This document shows, in pieces, positions 58,977 through 64,000 of a stretch of 64,000 bases of DNA. Position 1 is the stretch's first letter. Each line of letters starts with the position of its first letter. Origin of the DNA: Candidatus Hydrogenedentota bacterium (lineage in GTDB: Bacteria; Hydrogenedentota; Hydrogenedentia; Hydrogenedentales; JAEUWI01); assembly GCA_034669905.1 (NCBI GenBank), contig JAXMOL010000001.1, positions 192,001 through 256,000 on the forward strand, given 5' to 3'. Made by a program: the position numbers and the translations under genes. A model generated the notes under the pieces. That model saw only the letters and a list, made by a program, of their open reading frames with translations. It did not search any database and was not told the origin of the DNA.

Positions 58977-60405
58977 GCTTCACCACGTGACCCGCCACAT
59001 CGGTCAGGCGGAAATCACGTCCCTGAAACCGAAACGTCATCTTGGTGTGCTCAATGCCCAGCAGGTGTAGAAGCGTCGCGTGGAAATCATGGACGTGGAC
59101 GACGTCCTCCACCGCGTTGTATCCAAAGTCGTCGGTCGCGCCGTGGGTGATCCCCCCCTGGACACCCCCTCCGGCCATCCACAGGGAAAAGCCCTTGATG
59201 TGGTGGTCGCGCCCGGAGCCCTGGGCCATCGGTGTGCGGCCAAATTCGCCGCCCCAGATGATCAGCGTATCTTCCAACATTCCCCGCTGGGCGAGATCCT
59301 TGACGAGTGCCGCCGAAGCCTGGTCCACCAGTTTTGCGGTGGTTTCCACCCCGCCCTTAATTCCCCCGTGGTGATCCCACCCGCGGTGATAAAGCTGGAT
59401 AAAGCGCACGCCCCGTTCCGCCATTCGCCGGGCCAACAGACAGTTCGCCGCAAAGCTGCCATCGGCCCCTTCCGTGCCATACATTTCGCGGATGTATTGC
59501 GGTTCGCTGGAAAAGTCCACCAGCTCCGGCACACTGGTCTGCATCTTGAACGCCATTTCGTACTGGCTGATGCGGGTCTGAATTTCCGGATCTTCGACCA
59601 CCCCATCCCGATGTTGGTTTAAGGTCTGCACGGCATCCACCACATCCCGTTGACGGGTCCTATTGATGCCTTCAGGATTACTCAGATACAGCACCGGGTC
59701 GCCCTGCGAATGAAACTGAACTCCCTGGTATTTGCTCGGGAGAAATCCGCTGTGCCACTGACGGGCCGCGATGGGCTGGCTTTGCCCACCCCCGACGGAA
59801 GTCAAGACCACGAAGCCGGGCAGGTTGTCCGCTTCGTTCCCCAGCCCATAGGTAATCCAACTCCCCATACTCGGGCGACCGGAGATGGAGGTGCCCGTAT
59901 TCATAAAGGTGTGGGCGGGATCATGGTTAATCTGTTCTGTCTTCATGGACCGGATAATGCAGATGTCATCGGCGATACTGCCGATGTGTGGAAACACGGT
60001 CGCGATTTCCTGCTGCGACTTTCCGTACCGTGCGAAAGGATGCTGGGGGGCCAGACATTTGAGCTCTTTCCCCTGCAGCTGGGCAATAGGCTGGCCGGCC
60101 GTAATAGATTCCGGCATGACCTGTCCGTCGAGCTCGGCCAACTTCGGCTTGTAATCGAAAGACTCCAGATGGGATGGCCCACCCGCCATATAGAGGTAAA
60201 TGACCCGCTTGGCCTTGGGCACCTGATGGCGTGGCGTAACCAGCCCGTAGCGCAACGATTCCTCGAGGGAGGGCTTCGCGACGGCCGACGCGCTCTGCTG
60301 CATCAGGCCCGCCAGCGCAACCGAACCAATGCCCCGGGCCGCCTTACCGAAAAACTGCCGCCGTGTCTGCTTCAGTTGAAGATCGTGGTAATTCATGGGA
60401 TTCAC
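58963..60405 (-). CDS. DUF1501 family Tat-exported protein
   Basis: TRRQFF, AKRVIYLYMAGGPSH, CLLARR..ERGVRF, GWDHH, GEFGRTP, GRDH. Confidence 0.92.
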   Translation of the reverse strand: MNPMNYHDLQLKQTRRQFFGKAARGIGSVALAGLMQQSASAVAKPSLEESLRYGLVTPRHQVPKAKRVIYLYMAGGPSHLESFDYKPKLAELDGQVMPESITAGQPIAQLQGKELKCLAPQHPFARYGKSQQEIATVFPHIGSIADDICIIRSMKTEQINHDPAHTFMNTGTSISGRPSMGSWITYGLGNEADNLPGFVVLTSVGGGQSQPIAARQWHSGFLPSKYQGVQFHSQGDPVLYLSNPEGINRTRQRDVVDAVQTLNQHRDGVVEDPEIQTRISQYEMAFKMQTSVPELVDFSSEPQYIREMYGTEGADGSFAANCLLARRMAERGVRFIQLYHRGWDHHGGIKGGVETTAKLVDQASAALVKDLAQRGMLEDTLIIWGGEFGRTPMAQGSGRDHHIKGFSLWMAGGGVQGGITHGATDDFGYNAVEDVVHVHDFHATLLHLLGIEHTKMTFRFQGRDFRLTDVAGHVVKPILA

Positions 60406-60421
60406 CTGATTGAGCCGTTTT

Positions 60422-63400
60422 TCAGCTGCGGGTTATGGTTTCGTGGAGATTCAGTATCACCCGGGTCACGGAGGTCCAGGCCGCCACATCGGCCGGCTCC
60501 AGGGCCTCAGCTGCCGGGGCGAGGCCCGCGCGGGTCACCGCCGTGGCGGACGCCTCGTCTGCCGTATATTCCATCAGATGTTTTTGATAGAGGGCACGAA
60601 GTACTTCCAACTCCTGCGCATCGGGTTCACGAGACAAGGCATAGCGAAACGCCAGGGCAATACGGTCGTCGCTTCGCTCACCCGCTTCGACCATGATACG
60701 TTGGGCAAAGACCCGGGCCGTCTCCACATAGGTCGGATCATTGAGGAGCACGAGGGCCTGCAGGGGCGTGTTGGAGATGGTGCGTTCGGCCGTGCACTCT
60801 TCCCGGTTGGGCGCGTCGAAGGCGAGTAAACTCGGGTGTAGAAAAGAGCGCTTCCAGAAGGTATAGAGGCCCCGGCGGTATTGGTTTTCTCCCTTGTCGA
60901 TGTCATAGGCCAATACCCCGCCAAAGGTGTTGCAGTTGGCATAATAGCCTTCCGGCTGATAGGGAAAAACGGAGCGGCCACCAATATGGGGCGCAAGTAG
61001 TCCGCTCATGGCCAGCGCTCCATCGCGAATTAATTCCGCCTCGACCCGGTAGCGGGATTGGCGCGCATAGAGTCGATTGTAGGGATCTTTCGCCCGGAGC
61101 ACGTCATTGCTTGCACTCGATTGACGGTAGGTCTTCGAGGTGACCAGGACCCGCACCATGTGTTTCAAATCCCAGCCGCTACCCACGAATTCGGTGGCGA
61201 GCCAGTCAAGCAATTGGGGATGGGTGGGCCACTCCCCCTGGGCACCGAGATCGTCGAGCACCTTGGAAATCCCAACGCCATAGAACCGCTTCCACAGCCG
61301 GTTCATCGTGACCCGTGCCGTGAGCGGGTTGTCTTCCCGCACCAGCCAGTTCGCCAAATCGAGGCGGGTCGCACGGCGCTCAGAGACACCCAGCTCCGGC
61401 AAGACGCCGGGCGTGTCTGGCAACACCACTTCGCCACTCTCGTCGAGCCAATTACCCCGCGGCAGGACGCGTACTACGCGTGGCTCGGGAAGGGATTTGG
61501 CAATCAGTGTGGTCGCCATACCGGCTTTCAGGGCATCGAGCTCGGCCTGCCTGGAATCCCGGGCCACCCGTTCAGACTGCAAATGAGGGGTAATCCCTCG
61601 AAAATAGTCCCCCAGGGCCTTCGCCTGCTCCGGGCTGCGCTCCGCCCGGGCCACGGCCAGGGTACTGCGAATCGCTTCTGGTAGGACCGGCCAGGGGGTG
61701 ACCTCCGTCCCATCGCTGGTATACCGAAGTCGAAAACAATCGCTCTGGTGGAACTTGTGGCCGGATTCGAAATGGAGCTTGACCTCAAGCATGCCGCCCG
61801 GCGCTGTCGACAGCGCCTCACGAAGCGCGAATACCGCCAGGTGGTCTTCTTTCTTGAGGTGACCGTCCACCGCCCAGCCGCGGTTTTTGTCTTCGTTAAG
61901 CGCATCGCTCACGGGGAAACGATCCTGCGCGTAGTCTGCCAACGCATAGGCCAGGGCAAGGGGCTGGGCTTCCTGCCCATCGGGGGCACGATACGCCACC
62001 GCAAACTGGGTCAGCACAAAATTACTGCCGCCCCGGGAAAGCCCATTGAGATCGGGGTGATTAAACACTTCGAGCATGAGGGATTGTATCGTCGCCCCGT
62101 CGGTGGGTAGCTGCAGGGCATAGACATCCCGCGCCTGGGCCTTGCCTTCCGCCAGGATGCGCCCATCTTCCAGCACGCGAAAGGTAGTTCCGCCATTGGC
62201 CTTTGTTTCGGTCGGCGTCATCACCTGCCAGCCTGTTGCTTCAAGCCCCTGTTTGCTCAAAGCGGTCTGAGACTCCCAGGCAGACTGGGCGACTTCCAGG
62301 GCCGGTGTCGTTTGGGAAAGCGTGGTGTCGAGCCCCGCGATGGCTGCCGTGAGCGCCGCCTCCCGTTCCGACTCCTCGGGTGTCGGCAGGTACATGAAGG
62401 GCGCCCACTTGGCGCCGGAGCGGTACACGCCATCTTCTTCGATGTCGGCAAAGAAAGCGGAAAACGCATAAAAGTCTTTGGTGCTGATGGGATCAAACTT
62501 GTGATCATGGCATTCGGCACAGCCCATGGTCGCCCCGAGCCAGACGGCCGTGGTGGTCCGCACCCGGTCTGCCGCGTACTTGGCGATATACTCTTTGGCC
62601 TGGGCACCGCCCTCGGCCGTGATCTGATTCAACCGGTTGTAACCCGAGGCAATGAGTTGCTCCCGCGTGGGGTCGGGCAGCAGGTCGCCCGCCAATTGTT
62701 CGCGGGTGAACTGGTCGAAGGGCATGTTGGTGTTGAAGGCGTTGATCACGTAATCGCGGTAGGCCGAGATGCTGCGAAACTCATCGCTGTGGTAGCCATT
62801 GGAGTCGGCATAGCGCACCACATCGAGCCATTCCATCGCCATGCGCTCCCCGTAGTGGGGCGATTGAAGCAGGCCATCTACCAGGCGCTCATAGGCATCG
62901 GGCGCGGCGTCATTGACATAGGCCTCCACGGCTTCCGGTGTCGGAGGCACACCGAGCAGATCCCAATAGAGGCGACGAATCACCGTACGTCGGTCGGCTT
63001 CCGGCATGGGGGTCAGACCCTGCCGCGACAGTTTGCGACCAACGAACGTATCGATGGGGTTCTGATCCGGCTCCAGGGCAGAGCGAGGGTCAACCGGCGG
63101 AAGATAGGCCCAGTGGGGTTCATAGGAAGCACCCTGGGCTATCCAGCGACGCAAGACCGCTTTCTCATCGTCCGTGAGTTGCTTCTTCTGGTCCACCGGC
63201 GGCATCTGGTCGTCTGGGTCCACCGCAAAAATCCGATGGATCAACTCGCTGGCGTCAGGATCCCCCGCGACGATGGCCGCTACCGTTTCGCCCTCGGGCG
63301 GTGGAATATCGAGGCGCAGATCGCCTTTGCGTGTGTTGGCGTCCGGCCCGTGACAGGCGTAGCATTTATCTGAAAGAATGGGGCGCACGTCGCGGTTAAA

Positions 63401-63496
63401 ACCTACCGCGTCCGACGTATGGTCTTCTCCGGCTCCAGCGACACCGGGCAGAAGGACCGCCAATCCGGCCCCCAGAACAAGTCGTTGCCAATTCAT
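60422..63496 (-). CDS. Planctomycete cytochrome c + DUF1549/DUF1553 protein
   Basis: FNRDVRPILSDKCYACHGPD, YGERMA..WLD, CAECHDHKFDP, HPQLLDWLA, NTPLQAL. Confidence 0.93.
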   Translation of the reverse strand: MNWQRLVLGAGLAVLLPGVAGAGEDHTSDAVGFNRDVRPILSDKCYACHGPDANTRKGDLRLDIPPPEGETVAAIVAGDPDASELIHRIFAVDPDDQMPPVDQKKQLTDDEKAVLRRWIAQGASYEPHWAYLPPVDPRSALEPDQNPIDTFVGRKLSRQGLTPMPEADRRTVIRRLYWDLLGVPPTPEAVEAYVNDAAPDAYERLVDGLLQSPHYGERMAMEWLDVVRYADSNGYHSDEFRSISAYRDYVINAFNTNMPFDQFTREQLAGDLLPDPTREQLIASGYNRLNQITAEGGAQAKEYIAKYAADRVRTTTAVWLGATMGCAECHDHKFDPISTKDFYAFSAFFADIEEDGVYRSGAKWAPFMYLPTPEESEREAALTAAIAGLDTTLSQTTPALEVAQSAWESQTALSKQGLEATGWQVMTPTETKANGGTTFRVLEDGRILAEGKAQARDVYALQLPTDGATIQSLMLEVFNHPDLNGLSRGGSNFVLTQFAVAYRAPDGQEAQPLALAYALADYAQDRFPVSDALNEDKNRGWAVDGHLKKEDHLAVFALREALSTAPGGMLEVKLHFESGHKFHQSDCFRLRYTSDGTEVTPWPVLPEAIRSTLAVARAERSPEQAKALGDYFRGITPHLQSERVARDSRQAELDALKAGMATTLIAKSLPEPRVVRVLPRGNWLDESGEVVLPDTPGVLPELGVSERRATRLDLANWLVREDNPLTARVTMNRLWKRFYGVGISKVLDDLGAQGEWPTHPQLLDWLATEFVGSGWDLKHMVRVLVTSKTYRQSSASNDVLRAKDPYNRLYARQSRYRVEAELIRDGALAMSGLLAPHIGGRSVFPYQPEGYYANCNTFGGVLAYDIDKGENQYRRGLYTFWKRSFLHPSLLAFDAPNREECTAERTISNTPLQALVLLNDPTYVETARVFAQRIMVEAGERSDDRIALAFRYALSREPDAQELEVLRALYQKHLMEYTADEASATAVTRAGLAPAAEALEPADVAAWTSVTRVILNLHETITRS

Positions 63497-63537
63497 GCTA
63501 CTACGCTCCGCTTATGGTCACTCCGGGCTCAAGACAC

Positions 63538-63577
63538 AAAAAAGGGTGCTGCCGACCCCTATGTGGCGGCAGCACCC
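63538..63577 (-). terminator. Intrinsic terminator after the Cys-rich gene
   Basis: GGGTGCTGCCG...CGGCAGCACCC with a T6 run on the minus strand. Confidence 0.8.
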
Positions 63578-63590
63578 ATTATACCCTTAA

Positions 63591-64000
63591 TCAGGCGGTA
63601 CCGGGATTGCACTTTTTGCAAACGGCGGCCAATTTCTGTGCTTCCACACAGCAGGGGTGATCACAGTCTTTACCGTCGGCCTGGGCCTTGGCACAGCAGC
63701 TGCCCTCATCAAAGGTCAAGGCTACTTTCGCCGGGGCACCCGCTTTGGGGTTGCACTTGGCGCAAACCTTGCCCGCCGCCTTGGCTTCCACACAGCAGGG
63801 GTGGTCACAGTCTTTGCCTTCGGCTTGCGCCTTGGCGCAGCAGCTGCCTTCGTCGAAGCTCAGCTTCGGTGCGCCTGCTTTGGGGTTGCACTTGGCGCAG
63901 ACGTTACCGGCTGCCTTGGCTTCCACACAGCAGGGGTGGTCACAATCTTTGCCTTCGGCCTTGGCCTTGGCACAACAGCTGCCTTCATCGAAAGCCAACT
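63591..64000 (-). CDS. Cys-rich tandem-repeat protein, 3' part (5' end probably outside window)
   Basis: Three repeats FDEGSCCAKAxAxGKDCDHPCCVEAxxxxxVCxKCNP. Confidence 0.8.
   Translation of the reverse strand, partial: LAFDEGSCCAKAKAEGKDCDHPCCVEAKAAGNVCAKCNPKAGAPKLSFDEGSCCAKAQAEGKDCDHPCCVEAKAAGKVCAKCNPKAGAPAKVALTFDEGSCCAKAQADGKDCDHPCCVEAQKLAAVCKKCNPGTA

Overview
Chromosomal window from a high-GC bacterium. The gene families (DUF1559 prepilin, DUF1501/DUF1553, DUF4838, DUF5107, DUF1080) suggest a PVC-like or Candidatus Hydrogenedentota-like organism; this is inference, and all family calls come from motif recognition, not database searches. Contents: a hybrid sensor kinase; a NagB-like gene; a pure Lys/Ala/Pro histone-H1-like repeat gene behind a long structured leader; a sucrose synthase + SPS/SPP-fusion operon; tRNA-Lys(UUU); HDOD + MshEN-type GspE/PilB ATPase; folD; a T2SS/T4P-like cluster (four GspF/PilC paralogs, four pilin-like genes, PilZ); housekeeping and carbohydrate genes; a type-2 ileS; two-component genes; DUF1553/DUF1501; and a Cys-rich repeat protein cut by the window edge. 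The most notable signal is absent from the ORF track: a ~663-bp tandem duplication (about 48634-49854). Each copy has a candidate enhancer, a sigma54 promoter, a conserved 5' UTR, a strong RBS, a 44- or 56-aa double-glycine-leader peptide with an Hcp-like beta-strand core (YKLKNVVVSS x2; YKYKLTNVVVSSYDTSG), and its own terminator. Also notable are a candidate sigma54-dependent sRNA (about 14765-14899) and several dispersed intergenic repeat families. No CRISPR array, integrase or transposase was seen.
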